64,000 bases of DNA from Ostreococcus lucimarinus (taxonomy: Eukaryota). Location: NCBI GenBank assembly GCA_000092065.1, contig CP000584.1, one strand, 5' to 3'. Positions 45,786-57,100 of this stretch are shown piece by piece (position 1 is the first letter of the stretch; every line of letters begins with the position of its first letter). A program made the position numbers and the translations under genes. The notes beneath the pieces were generated by a model. The model had not been told where the DNA came from and searched no databases. It worked only from the letters and a program-made list of their open reading frames with translations.

Positions 45786-47493
45786 ATGCTGAGTCCGACG
45801 CGACGACGCGCGACGGTTGAGTCGACGACGTCGTTCGAGCACTGTCGAGCGGGGACGCCGACGGGACGAGCGCAGGTGCGCGCGCGCGACGGCGAGGCGA
45901 GGCGAGGCGCGCGCGCGCGGAATTCGCGTCGCGAAAACCGTTCGCGTCGCGCGCGGTGATAAGCGCGGTTCGACGCGCGCGCGGGACGCGCGGGACGCGC
46001 GGATGGCGATGGCGATGGCGATCGAGGGGATGGATGATCGTCGAGCGAATCGACGCGCGAGACTGACGATGTTGACGGTTCGATAGGTCGATCGATTCAT
46101 CCCGAGCCGTAGCGCGTTGGATTTGGACGTGGCGCACTACAATTTGTCCCGAGAGGGCGGGGAATCGGAGGTGGATGATGCGGTAAAGGAGATCAAGTCT
46201 CCGGCGAAGGTGCGCGCGTCGACGCGCTCGAAGCGCGCGCGGACGAACGCGTGGAGTGAATGAATGAGTTCGTTGAGACTGACGACGAAATCGATCGCGC
46301 GATGATATGATGCACAGGAAGCGTATAAGAAAAGTCTTGCGGATAACTTCCACGTGGATAACGGAAGCGATTCGGCGAAGATTCTCGCGTTCAAGTCAAA
46401 GGCGCCGGCGCCGCCGAGCGGGTTGGAAAACTCGGCGCGCGGTGTCTACACGAACAACTCCGCGGGAGTGAAGGCGAAGAAGACGTTCCGTCAGATTCCC
46501 AGCGCTCCCGAACGCATCTTAGATGCGCCGGAGTTGATCGATGACTACTATTTGAACCTTATCGACTGGGGGTCGTCGAACCAAGTCGCGGTGGCGTTGG
46601 GGTGCACCGTGTACATGTGGAACGCGGATACTGGGGCTATCAACCAATTGTGCCAGACCAACCCGGATGACGAAGATGATTACATCACCTCCGTCAACTG
46701 GGGTGCGGACGGTAAGCACATTGCGGTGGGTACGAACAGTGCGGAGGTTCAAATTTGGGACGCGGCGCAGTGCAAGAAGGTGCGTACGTTGCGAGGTCAC
46801 GCCGCGCGGGTGGGTGCGGTCTCGTGGAACGGTTCGCAGCTTGCAACGGGTAGTCGTGATAACAACATCATGATTCACGACGTTCGCATTCGCGAGCATT
46901 GCACCTCGACGCTCCAGGTTCACCAGCAAGAGGTTTGTGGCTTGAAGTGGAGCCCGAGTGGCAATCAGCTCGCGTCTGGCGGTAACGACAACTTGTTGCA
47001 CATCTTTGATGCGAGCTCCATCGGCAATCAACAAGCGTTGCACAGATTAGATGCGCATCAAGCTGCCGTTAAGGCTCTCGCCTGGTGTCCGTTCCAGTCC
47101 AACTTGCTCGCTTCGGGCGGCGGTACCGCCGACCGTTGCATCAAGTTTTGGAACACGAACACCGGCGCCATGCTCAACTCTGTGGACACGCACTCGCAAG
47201 TGTGCTCGTTGCAGTGGAACACGCATGAGCGGGAGCTTTTGTCGTCGCACGGTTACAGCCAAAACCAGTTGTGTTTGTGGAAGTATCCGACGATGACCAA
47301 GATGGCCGAGTTGACGGGTCACCAAGCGCGAGTGCTTCACATGGCGCAGTCTCCGGACGGTACCACGGTGGTATCGGCGGCCGCGGATGAGACTTTGCGA
47401 TTCTGGAAGTGCTTCGATAACGCTAGCGAGAAGACCAAGAAGGTGCGCGATTCCAATGACTCATCTGTTTTGCGCAGGTTCAATTTCCGCTAA
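45786..47493 (+). CDS. CDC20: APC/C activator CDC20/Fizzy (C-box + WD40), 3 exons: 45786..45875, 46087..46209, 46318..47493
   Basis: exon 2 '[25 protein letters not shown]...[10 protein letters not shown]' (C-box DRFIPxR) + exon 3 '[11 protein letters not shown]...[32 protein letters not shown]...' parallels plant CDC20 '[21 protein letters not shown]...SSPSREAYRKQLAE'; in-frame stops at 46084, 46261, 46303 removed by introns; WD40 'IAVGT..VQIWD', C-terminal IR-like tail; track start 46354 is GTG. Confidence 0.8.
45876..46086 (+). other. CDC20 intron 1 (211 nt; GTGCGCGCG donor, GAGACTGACG branch 18 nt before GATAG acceptor; contains (GGCGAG)3 and (GATGGC)3 microsatellites)
   Basis: phase 0; links [30 protein letters not shown] to C-box exon. 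Confidence 0.6.
46210..46317 (+). other. CDC20 intron 2 (108 nt; GTGCGCGCG donor, GAGACTGACG branch, CACAG acceptor)
   Basis: junction 'SPAK|EAYKK' matches plant 'SPSR-EAYRK'. Confidence 0.75.
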
Positions 47494-47966
47494 GGCGAGG
47501 GCGGCTGTACCATCTGTATCCATCCATTCCCGCGCAATCCGACACCACCGAACGATTCCGTGCATGCAGATTCCCTCACCCATTATTTTCACTAGCAGTT
47601 GGTGACTGACTCTTCGACCACACACCGCGCTCGCTTTCGATTTTTATTGTGTTTTCACGGCTTACGTCTCGCCGCGGCGTCGTCTCGCCGCGACCGTCGC
47701 TCATCACCGTCGGCGCGGCGAACCACGACGACGTCGCACCGCGCGCGCCACGCCCAGGAAAAAGGAAAGAAAAACGAGGTCTTCATCGGTTTATGTACTA
47801 CATTGGGTCCAAGGGTGTTTTCATCAACACCACCAGCGCTCAAGATTGTCGTCTCGCTCTCTCGTCTCACATTCCATGCATTCCGCGCTCAAAGTGTTCA
47901 ATTTAAATCTCGTCCAGCGACAGGTGACCGTCATCCCTCCGCACACTCGCGCGCGCGCGCCGCGCC

Positions 47967-49884
47967 ATGCTCGTGGGCGCGAATAATTTCCGTGCGTGAT
48001 CGCGCGCGCGCGTTTCGCGATCACTCGTCGCGCTCGACCGCGCGCGCGTCGCGCGCGACCGCGACGGATCGACATTTGATTTTGAATGCGCTCGACGCGA
48101 GACTGACGCACCGCGCGCGCGAACGCGCGACTCGAACGACAGATTTCGCGTATAGCACGATCCGCGATGAAGGCGCGAACTGCCCCGTGCTCGTGTACGT
48201 GTCCACGGCGGACGTGGACGCGCTGTGCGCGTTTAGAACGCTGAAGCTGATGCTTCGGAGCGACAACGTGGCGTATTCGGTGTTCCCGGTGAGTGGATAC
48301 GGCGAGTTGCAGCGGCTCGGGGAGGAAATCCCGGACGATGGGCAACAGCGAGCGATCGTGTTGATAAACTGTGGGGGCACGGAGGATGTGAAGACGGTGA
48401 TGGGGTTGCGCGAGGGCGCGAGAGCGTACGTGTTCGATTCGCACAGGCCGTTGGATTTGGAGAACACGAGGGCGGATAATCAGGATGTGTTGGTGATGCG
48501 GGACGATAAGGAAGGAGAAGAGTCGTTTCCAGAGCCGGACTCGGAGGATGACAGCGACAGCGACGATGATGATGACGAAGATGACGACGCGGGGGCAAAA
48601 GGTGGAGAGTCGCCGAGGACGAGACGGTTGCGAAAGGCGGAAAAGCAGCGCGAAAGGGCGGCGTATTACGCGCGCGGGTCGTTCTACGGACGATCGAGTG
48701 GGATGGTGATGTATGACATAGCGTACAGAATGAGCAAGGATAGGTTGGAAAATTATTTACCGCTTTGGTTGGCGGTGTTGTCGATGACGGATCAGTACTT
48801 GCATCAAAGGTTGTCGCACGAGATGTACACTTCGTGCGTCATGGAGCTCGCAACTCGCGTGAGCGCGATGTCGAACGCCGATATGCCGACGACGCGGTCT
48901 TTAGAAGATGGCACTATCGTCAAGGCGTTCGACGAACGGCGTTTGCAGTACAATGAGGAGTTTAGATTTATGCTTTTACGCCACTGGACGCTGTACGAGT
49001 CAATGCTGCATAGCAATTACGTTGCGACGCAGTTGCAAACGTGGACGGAGCGTGGCCGAGCGAACTTGAACTCCCTCTTCGCGCATGTGGGGATCCCTTT
49101 GGACGTGGCGAAGCAAAAGTATTCGCACATGTCTCCGGCGCAAGTGAAACAATTTGAGGAAAGGTTGGATGAGTACGGCGCGTCGCACGGATTGGATAAC
49201 GTCAAGTTTTGGTCGTTTCAGTATTCCCATGGCTATGCACTGAGAGTGTGTGCTGCGGATGTCGTGTACGGCGCGACAGCGTTGCTCGAAGGCATGCTTG
49301 ACAGAGAAGAGGAGGATAGAACACCCGCGGATAACTTTTGGCGAGCATCGCAGGCGCTGTCGTTGGGCAATTGGGACGAGATGGAGGCGGGCATCAGCCA
49401 CGCCATCCGATTGCAACAAGCTGTTATGCGACAAGGTGGGATCGCGCTCGCTTCTTCCGCGCACATTCGCACGACTGGGAGTTTGCGATGCTTTTCTTTG
49501 CTCGATCATGGATCGCCGGCGGATGTCAAATTGTTCATGCACCCGCTGTCGTTGTTGAAGCTCGCGTTGTTCGTGCAAGACGCACTTCGCGTGACAAAGA
49601 AACGGCTTCGGCCACTTGTCTGCATTGGTCCATCTGCGGAAGATGAATCCCTCGCGCTCATCGTCGGTGTCACCGCCAAGCCAAACACCGACGACGCCGC
49701 TGGCGGAAACTTCTTCACGCACTCGTTCAAAATGGCCGCTGAACGTATTCACGCGCGTTTCCGACACGACTCTTTCGAAGCCTCCGTGATACAAGTCGCT
49801 CGACGTGACTTGGGACCATTCATCGAGGCGCTATCTGACATTGACGCCGAGCGTCTGGCGCGTTTGCGAATGGCCGCCGCATAG
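47967..49884 (+). CDS. CDC45: DNA replication initiation factor CDC45, 2 exons: 47967..47991, 48143..49884
   Basis: spliced N-term 'MLVGANNF|H|FAYSTIRDEGANCPVLVYVSTADVDALCAFRTLKLMLRSDNVAYSVFPVSGYGEL' vs human '[58 protein letters not shown]'; no in-frame ATG between TTG track start (47599) and conserved block; acidic loop 'DSEDDSDSDDDDDEDDD'; DHH-like and C-terminal CDC45 homology to end. Confidence 0.8.
47992..48142 (+). other. CDC45 intron (151 nt; GTGCGTG donor, GAGACTGACG branch 34 nt before ACAG acceptor)
   Basis: phase 1 (c|at = His); same motif set as CDC20/UBC7 introns. Confidence 0.6.
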
Positions 49885-49950
49885 GATGCAGAAGCTCGTT
49901 GGATGTTTTTGTGTTGTAATGAATCTCTGTTTTACAAACGCATTTTGGTT

Positions 49951-51432
49951 CTAGTCTTTATGCGATAGCCACGCGAGCATAAGCTTCAAGTCCGTTAGCA
50001 TCAGTTGAAGCGCTTGCGTCCAGTTCTCGTCTCGATTAAACGTAAACGTCATCTTTTTTCCGTCCACCTTGTCGCCAGAAATTGGGTACGGCAGTTCAAA
50101 CGGTGGATTCACGCCCTGGCGTACATCTCTCGCCCGCATGAATTCAGCTAACTCGGAGAGGCAGGTGAGAAATCCTATAACTGCTTTGTCGTACTTATGA
50201 GACGATATGATAGACACCGGCCCGAAAAGTTCGAACACGTTACCCTTGGCGTCGCACACTTTGGGAAAGCTACCCATCGGCTTGAGCGTGTATTGCGTAA
50301 ACGTAAACTTGCAAATGCGCGCCATGGAGTGCAACAGCAAACACACCAGCCCAAACGCAGTATTGATTTCTTCCCATTCCACCACAGGCGCGGGGAGACG
50401 CCCGAGACGAAAGCCATTAATCGTGCCAAACGCACCGTCGCGCCAGATGTGAAACGCATCGTTGAACACGTTCGTCTTTTCCAAACGTTCGAGATGCGTT
50501 TGCGCTTGCTCCGTTCGCGCCACGATGGAATCTCTTTTTTCTAAGTGCGCGTTTAAATTCTTCTTAAACGCGTGGAACTCGCGCCAGTACGTATTCTCAG
50601 CCTCGTCCAAAGCCGCCGCTTTCTTGGCCAACTTGCTCCTCGCCGCGCGCGTTGACTCAAGCTCGATTTCCAACGCCCTCAATGTTTCCTCCGCTTCCCG
50701 CTCCGCCTTCTCCATGTCCCTCACGGCGTGCGAAATCACCTTTGTCACGCCACCACGCCCGCTCGTCCTGCCGTCGATCCCTCTGGACTCGCTCCGTTCC
50801 TCTTCCTCCTCCGCCTCGCGCAACGCCTCCAACGTCTCCTCGTACTCCGCGCACTCCGCCTCCGCCTCCTTCGTCCGCCTTTCAATCTCCGCCACCACGG
50901 ACGACGAACACGCATCGCACAACGGATGATCCATATCGCTCAAATCACTCGCGATATCGAATATCCGCGCCATGACGCTCGCATCCGCGTCGCCTCCCTC
51001 GCCTCGCAGTTCGGCGCTCGGCAGCACCACGAACGACTCCCCCATCGTCCCTCCCTCGTGCGTCGTTCGTCCGCGCAGCGTCGCCGCCAGCGTCACAGGT
51101 GATGGCGCGCCGCTCGAAGATTTCGACGCGTCCGATTTTCTCGCGCGCAACGCGAGTTCGGGCGCTAAAACGACGAAAGATTCCTCCAACGTGGCGTTTC
51201 TGGACAGCGCTGGGACGTTGACGAATTCGAGCGCGCGCGCGCACGCGGCGCATCGGAAACGCACGGGCGCGGGCTCTGACGGTCGCGACGACGGTTGCGG
51301 TTGCGTCGGGCGCAGGGGCGATCGCGAGGGCGACGATGGATGCGACGCCATCGCGTCGTTCTGCCGAATGGTCGTTCGTCGGCTGATGGTTGGCGTTTGA
51401 AAAGAAGCGACGAGGGGCGACGACGACGTCAT
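49951..51432 (-). CDS. ATG6: Beclin-1 / ATG6 / VPS30 autophagy protein; track start 51462 is GTG (alternative ATG 51351)
   Basis: 'FRCAACARALEF' CxxC, 'DHPLCDACSSSVVAEIE' second CxxC, coiled coil, BARA/ECD 'LEKTNVFNDAFHIWRDGAFGTINGFRLGRLPAPVVEWEEINTAFGLVCLLLHSMARI...WTQALQLMLTDLKLMLAWLS' almost identical in register to human BECN1. Confidence 0.9.
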   Translation of the reverse strand: MTSSSPLVASFQTPTISRRTTIRQNDAMASHPSSPSRSPLRPTQPQPSSRPSEPAPVRFRCAACARALEFVNVPALSRNATLEESFVVLAPELALRARKSDASKSSSGAPSPVTLAATLRGRTTHEGGTMGESFVVLPSAELRGEGGDADASVMARIFDIASDLSDMDHPLCDACSSSVVAEIERRTKEAEAECAEYEETLEALREAEEEEERSESRGIDGRTSGRGGVTKVISHAVRDMEKAEREAEETLRALEIELESTRAARSKLAKKAAALDEAENTYWREFHAFKKNLNAHLEKRDSIVARTEQAQTHLERLEKTNVFNDAFHIWRDGAFGTINGFRLGRLPAPVVEWEEINTAFGLVCLLLHSMARICKFTFTQYTLKPMGSFPKVCDAKGNVFELFGPVSIISSHKYDKAVIGFLTCLSELAEFMRARDVRQGVNPPFELPYPISGDKVDGKKMTFTFNRDENWTQALQLMLTDLKLMLAWLSHKD

Positions 51433-51462
51433 AAATTTCGTCTGTAAAACTGATCTACTCAC

Positions 51463-53166
51463 TCAGCTAGCGCTAGTGGATGCTTCCTCCGCCTGGTCAT
51501 CCTCGGTTGCTAATGAATCCCCCTGTGCGTCGCCGTCCAAGGCGTCGAAGATGGCGTCGACGTCCATCGACGCGAACGCGGCTTTGATGTCGTCGCGAGC
51601 GACGCCGTCGATGGCAGCCTTCATCGATTCGCGAAGCTCGTCGCGGGACGGCTCTCCGTTGAAGTTCTCTTCGACGTAAAGCTTGCGCGGCCAATCCGCG
51701 AGCACTGCCACAATCTGGTCTTGAACGTTGTACGTCTTGAGCTCGAAGCCGCGCGTGTTGTCGTGAATATCCGTACGCAGTTGCTTTCTCGTGGTGTGCT
51801 CAAACGACGGGATGCTGTCCAGCATGCGAGTCGCGCTCGCGACATCGCGATTAAGTAGATGCGCTCGGACCACGTGAACGTAATAAAAAGGCGTAATCGG
51901 CATCACGTCGGGCTCTCGCCACTTTGCTGGAATTTCGAGCTTCTCGGCGCCCCTGTGCGTGTGCGTGCCCGCCTCGATGGCGGCGTTGATGCGCTCCATT
52001 CGCTCAATACGGGATTGAAGCGTTGCTCGAATACTCGCGATATGCTCTTCGTTCGCCCACAACGCGTGCTCGGGCTCGCCAATCCTCGTGGCCCATTTCA
52101 AAAACTTGAAATACGTTCTGCTCGGAACGACGGCGCCGCTCTCTTTAAACGCGACGGCGTACTCTCGAGCGAGATCCATGTGCCTGTTATCGAGCGAGGC
52201 CCCGATCATCGTAGCCACGGTGAAGTCTTCCGTGCCGTAACTTTCGCGCACCGCTTCGTACACGCGATAGACGTACTCAAAAGGTCCAGTGTACGTGTTG
52301 AAAAATGCCTGCTTGGCCACCGTCCGCGTCAACTTTACGCCCAGCGACGCGTGGTTTTCAACCATCTCCACCGCGGCTTCGTGATCGTCAAATTTGCGAA
52401 TTTCATTGAACAATTCCAACGCCACCTGTTCGCGCCAAACCATGTGCCCTCCCCACTGCGAACGGTTCGCCGCTTCCTCGGGCGTGTCCGTCGCGACGGG
52501 TTCGTACTTTGCCAACCGAATGCGGTGCATCTTCGCCATGAAAGCAAAAACCTCGCGAATATCCTCCTTGGTCTTAATCTTGGTGATCATGATGCGAACT
52601 TGTCTCGAGGACGTGGGGTAATCTCCGTCCGCCACGCTATCGGTGGCGATCTTAATCGCCTCGCTCACCGTCTCCGCGCACGCCAACGTCACGTCGAGTC
52701 TTCTCTTCACCAACGTCGACCGCAACAACGGCGGATCGTGCGGCACCTCGTCCGGAATATCGATCAACTTATGCGCGGTCTCGTGCTTGTTCGTTTTCGA
52801 GTCTCCGTCGACGTTCCCATCACCGTCCTCGCCGTCGTCGTCGCGTTCGCCTTCCCGTTCGCTCCCCGTCGCCGTCGCGAACGCGCGTCGTCCCGCCGTC
52901 GTCCACGTCGCGAACGTCCCTCTTCCCGCGCGCAGCGCCTCCCCCGCGCGTTCCGCGCGTCGACCCGTCCCTCGCTCGTCCGTTCGCGTCGCCCGCGCCT
53001 CGCGCGCGCCTCCGCGCGCCGTCGCCGTCGTCGTCGTCGCGAACCCTCCGTCGTCGCCCGTCGTCGTCGTCGCCTCGCGCGTCGTCCCCGCGCGCCCTCG
53101 CGCGCGCTCGCACAGCGCGCGCACCGAGCCGATGACGTCCTTGGCCGTCGACGCGCGTCGCAGCAT
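51463..53166 (-). CDS. helical-repeat protein (PPR/TPR-like), probably organellar, unknown function
   Basis: ATG 53166 verified; R/T/A-rich leader 'MLRRASTAKDVIGSVRALCERARGRAGTTREATTTT'; body '...FNEIRKFDDHEAAVEMVENHASLGVKLTRTVAKQAFFNTYTGPFEYVYRVYEAVRESYG...' ; acidic C-terminus; only about 30 bp from Beclin ATG. Confidence 0.5.
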   Translation of the reverse strand: MLRRASTAKDVIGSVRALCERARGRAGTTREATTTTGDDGGFATTTTATARGGAREARATRTDERGTGRRAERAGEALRAGRGTFATWTTAGRRAFATATGSEREGERDDDGEDGDGNVDGDSKTNKHETAHKLIDIPDEVPHDPPLLRSTLVKRRLDVTLACAETVSEAIKIATDSVADGDYPTSSRQVRIMITKIKTKEDIREVFAFMAKMHRIRLAKYEPVATDTPEEAANRSQWGGHMVWREQVALELFNEIRKFDDHEAAVEMVENHASLGVKLTRTVAKQAFFNTYTGPFEYVYRVYEAVRESYGTEDFTVATMIGASLDNRHMDLAREYAVAFKESGAVVPSRTYFKFLKWATRIGEPEHALWANEEHIASIRATLQSRIERMERINAAIEAGTHTHRGAEKLEIPAKWREPDVMPITPFYYVHVVRAHLLNRDVASATRMLDSIPSFEHTTRKQLRTDIHDNTRGFELKTYNVQDQIVAVLADWPRKLYVEENFNGEPSRDELRESMKAAIDGVARDDIKAAFASMDVDAIFDALDGDAQGDSLATEDDQAEEASTSAS

Positions 53167-53591
53167 CCTCGCCGTCGACGCGCGCGATCACGCGCGGCAG
53201 AGTGCGCCGTCGATCGCGAGCGATCGCGCCGCAGGGCGGCGAGAAACCCATAACTTCGACGGCGACGGCGGCGACGCGCGATGGTGGCCGAAACCTCGAC
53301 GTAACTGTTTGCCAGGGTGAGCTTCGCTGGCGCGGAGTGCGGCCTTCAAAGCCGTAGCGGCTTAGCGGCCGAGTCGTTCGATTCGACCTCACTGGCGACG
53401 CGATTTTTGCCGACGCCGACGCCGACGACGGCGACGCGCGACGACGGCGCGCGCGCGCGCGGCCGACGCGTTCTTCGACGTCGCGCGCGCGAGCGTTTTT
53501 TGTTTTTTCACGGTGATAAATCGAATGTAGACTACATACATCTCGTATTCGAGCCACCTCGAATCCTATACATTCCCTATATGCGCGCCCA

Positions 53592-53924
53592 TCACGCGTC
53601 GCCCGCCAACCGTCGCATCGCGCGCTCGACGCGCGTCGTCCACGTCGTCCACGCCGGGACGACGTGTTTCATCAGCAGTGGTTCCGTGTGTCTCGCGATG
53701 TACCTCCGGTACAGCCCCGTCGCGAGCGACACGGCGTAGACGACGTAGAGAAACGCCGCGAGCGTGACGACGGTGACGCCCGCGCCGGCGATCGGATGGC
53801 GGTCGAACCATCGGTCGACCCTGGCGGTGTAGTACGCGAGCGGATCGGCGCGTCGGTCGAGCGCGCGCGATTTTTTCCCGCGCGCGCTCGGGCGCCGGCG
53901 CCGAGGCGCGGTCGGCGCCATCCG
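53592..53924 (-). CDS. small single-TM membrane protein (110 aa), unknown
   Basis: 'MAPTAPRRRRPSARGKKSRALDRRADPLAYYTARVDRWFDRHPIAGAGVTVVTLAAFLYVVYAVSLATGLYRRYIARH...'; GC3-biased codons on minus strand; embedded in otherwise R-rich nonsense ORFs. Confidence 0.35.
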   Translation of the reverse strand, partial: RMAPTAPRRRRPSARGKKSRALDRRADPLAYYTARVDRWFDRHPIAGAGVTVVTLAAFLYVVYAVSLATGLYRRYIARHTEPLLMKHVVPAWTTWTTRVERAMRRLAGDA

Positions 53925-54165
53925 CGTCGCGAAGTCGCGATTCGCGCCGACGGATGGAAAATTTTCGGGGGAACCAAACCGACACAGCGACGCGCGCGGC
54001 ATTACGCGACGCGACGCGCGAGACGCGCGCGAGCGACGAGCGACGCGCGAGGGGGTAGATCACGCGACGCGTGTTCGTCGCGCGCGACGTCGAGCTGGGA
54101 CGCGCGCGAGACGAACGCGAGCGGATTCGCGCGTCGGGCGAACGATCGAACGAACGTTGAGCGGC

Positions 54166-57100
54166 ATGGCGACGACGGAACGCGGCGACGCCGACGCGCT
54201 GTGGCGCGCGATCAGCGCGGTGACCGCGGTGGGGGGTGCGCGTGAGAGCGATGCGTCGGAGACGCGCGCGACGGAGGCGCGGGATGGGACGGCGGGTGGG
54301 ATGGGAGGGAAGATGAAGGACGCGCGCGCGCGAGGGGACGCCGTCGACGACGCGCGGCGGCCGAGCGCTCGCGCGAGCGGGGAGCGACGACGGGCGGTTT
54401 TGAGCGAGCCGGACGCGGTGCCGGTGGTGCGATTCGGCGCGGTCGACGTGGGAGGTACCGGGTGCGAGGGGTTGGATATCGTGAACGACACGGCGTTGAC
54501 GCAAGAAGTCGCGTTCGCGGATTGCGAAGCGATCGCTCGAGACGGCTTCTCGCTCGATCGAGAGACGTTGACGATTCAACCCGGCACGACGGAGCGCGTA
54601 CAGTTGACGTGGACGCCGCAGAGGGCGATGGCGGCGACGTACTGCGGGCAAATCTCGTTCGTGGTCGTCGCGGAGGCGCCGGTACCCATGCCCGAGGTGG
54701 AGATGAAGGCGCGCATTCGCGGCGTGGCCAAGGGCGAAGTTTTACGACCGTTGACGAATGAAGCGCCCGAGGAACGCGTGGCGAGCGCGACGAAACGTCC
54801 GCGAGATGCGAGGTTGGCGACGCGGCGGTCGCTCGCGACGTCGCCGCGCAAACTCGCGGGTGAGGATAAGTTGGCGTTGGACGCGATGCGTGCGAAGCAG
54901 CGTCGGCTGGAGGACGAACCGGCGACTTTGGCGCTCGCGCCGGTGGCGCGAGCGCTGCAACTTCAGCGAGAAGATTCGGCGTCGGGCGACGCCCACGAGG
55001 GTTCTACGAGTCGAAACGTGTCCGACGAGTTCCAAGCGGGAATATGGTTGCGTCAGCAAGAGCTCGCGTTCATTGCGTGGTTGAATCACACCATCGTCAT
55101 CGACGACGTCGGCACGATGGGCGACGACTCGCCGTCTGCGAACCGAGGAGGGAACGCCTCGGCTCGCGAAGTGCGGCAAACTGTTCGAAACAAACTCACG
55201 TCATTGTACAGCTACGATGACGAGCTCGGGAGAGTCCTGAAAAAGACCTACAGACACGTTGACAACGCTCGATTCAGATTGAACACCGGACAGACGTTCA
55301 TGGATAACGTCGCGCTCAAGGAGGAATTTGCGCGCGCGCTGTCGTGCTTCTCACCGTTTTGGTTGCAACTCGGCGTCGATGTGGTTGTCGGCGGAGGCAT
55401 CGTGTGGAAGCGACGCGGCGATTTGCACGAGATTCAGAAGGAATGCATCGCCGCCTTGTTCCGTGATAGAGATTTGGAGATTGAATTTGGAACCGGGCAC
55501 GTGCCCGGCGCGCCGCCGTTCGCACACGGATACGAAGAGGCGTTGAGCCGAAGCGTTCTCAAGCGCGTTTTACTGCTGGTGTTCATTCTCGATCGCGCAG
55601 CGATGAGTGGGTTACCCCCGAACACGCCATTACTTATGCGTCCTCACGCGGCGCTCAAACGAAGTGAAGACATACTTCGCACGGCGTTGCAAGGCTCGAT
55701 GTACGGCGAAGGCGACGTCATTCGCAACTTGAGTCAATGTTCGTACAAGTTGCACTACAAACAAAATCCCATTCGTGAGTACGACTTTCAGTGCACGAAC
55801 TTGGCTGTCGATTTGCGCGACGGCGTGCGTCTATGCCGACTCATGGAAGTTTTGAACGCCGACGTACTCTTCATGAGCTACGACGAAAAGAACAAGGAAT
55901 GGAAGCGAAGTCTGTTGAGCGAGGTGCACTTCCCATGCGCATCCAGGGCTCACAGGGTGCAGAATGTCGAGGTTGCGCTGCGAGCGATCAAGGATCAACA
56001 AGTTGGCTTGCCTGGTACGTGGAGCCGAATCAAAGCTGAGGATATCGTCGATGGTCACCTCGAGCACACGATGGGGTTGTTGTGGGCGTTGATGATGCAC
56101 TATTCGGCGCCGGGCTTGCTCCTGCCCAAGTCGTTGGACTCAGAGATCACTAGATTGGGCGGTAAAGTGCCAGATATCAAGCGTATCGAACGGCTGTCAG
56201 CGGCACGACGCGGTGATTCCGTCATAGAAGCGCCGCAGTGCGCCATGGAAGCGCGCCTATACGCCTGGGCGCGGGCTGCGTGCGCGACTCAAAACGTTGA
56301 GCTCAACAATCTCGGCGGCGCTTTCACCGATGGTCGCGCTCTGTGCGCTCTTATTCGCGCTTACGCGCCCATGATGATTCCAAAGCGTCGCATTGGTAAT
56401 GCTCCGCTGAAGCTCGACGATGCGAATGCGGATACGGCAAAACACGCTCGGGAGTTGGCGCGTGACAACTTTGCTGCGGTTGCCAAGGCACTTCAAGCGC
56501 TCGGCGGCGTGCCGAACCCAACGTTTGATATACGATTTACCAGTGACGAAGGCCTGGACTCTCCTGATCCACGGGCAGTAAGTGGATACTTGCTGTTTCT
56601 CAGCGCGCGCTTGCTGTTATTGCGGCAGCAAGAAGTCGCTTGCGTCCGCATCCAACGCTGGTGGAGATGGAATCGTCCAAACCGACCCAAGTTTGCCGAA
56701 GTCGTTCGCAAGTGGAACGCGGCGTCGACGGTAATTGCATCGCACGTTCGCCGCGTACAGGCAGTGGACGCGGTAAATGCGCGAAAGAATGCAATCGTAA
56801 AGCTGCAATCTTTCCGACGCGCGTGCGTAGCGCGGCGAGAGTTCCTCAATATGAAGAATGCCGCGGTGAAGATTCAATCCTTCAAACGCATGCACACGGC
56901 GCGCCTGGAATTCCAAGACACAAAGTGGGCGGTGGAAAAGGTGCAAAAGATGCGACGAGGTTGCGCGCAAAGAAATCAGTTCTTGCGCAAAAAGCAAGCT
57001 GCGACTTTGATCCAAGGTTGGTACCGAACGGTTTGTGCGCGTAACGAATACGTGAACAAGACGTGCGCTGCGACCATTATACAGATGCACTGGAGGGCTT

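Noticed and set aside
53355-53400. tRNA-like T-arm (GTCG-TTCGATT-CGAC) at about 53365-53385, and an AT-rich patch at 53500-53590
   Set aside because: I could not build acceptor, D or anticodon stems around it. With no cloverleaf there is no tRNA call, and the AT-rich patch is more plausibly 3' UTR or promoter.
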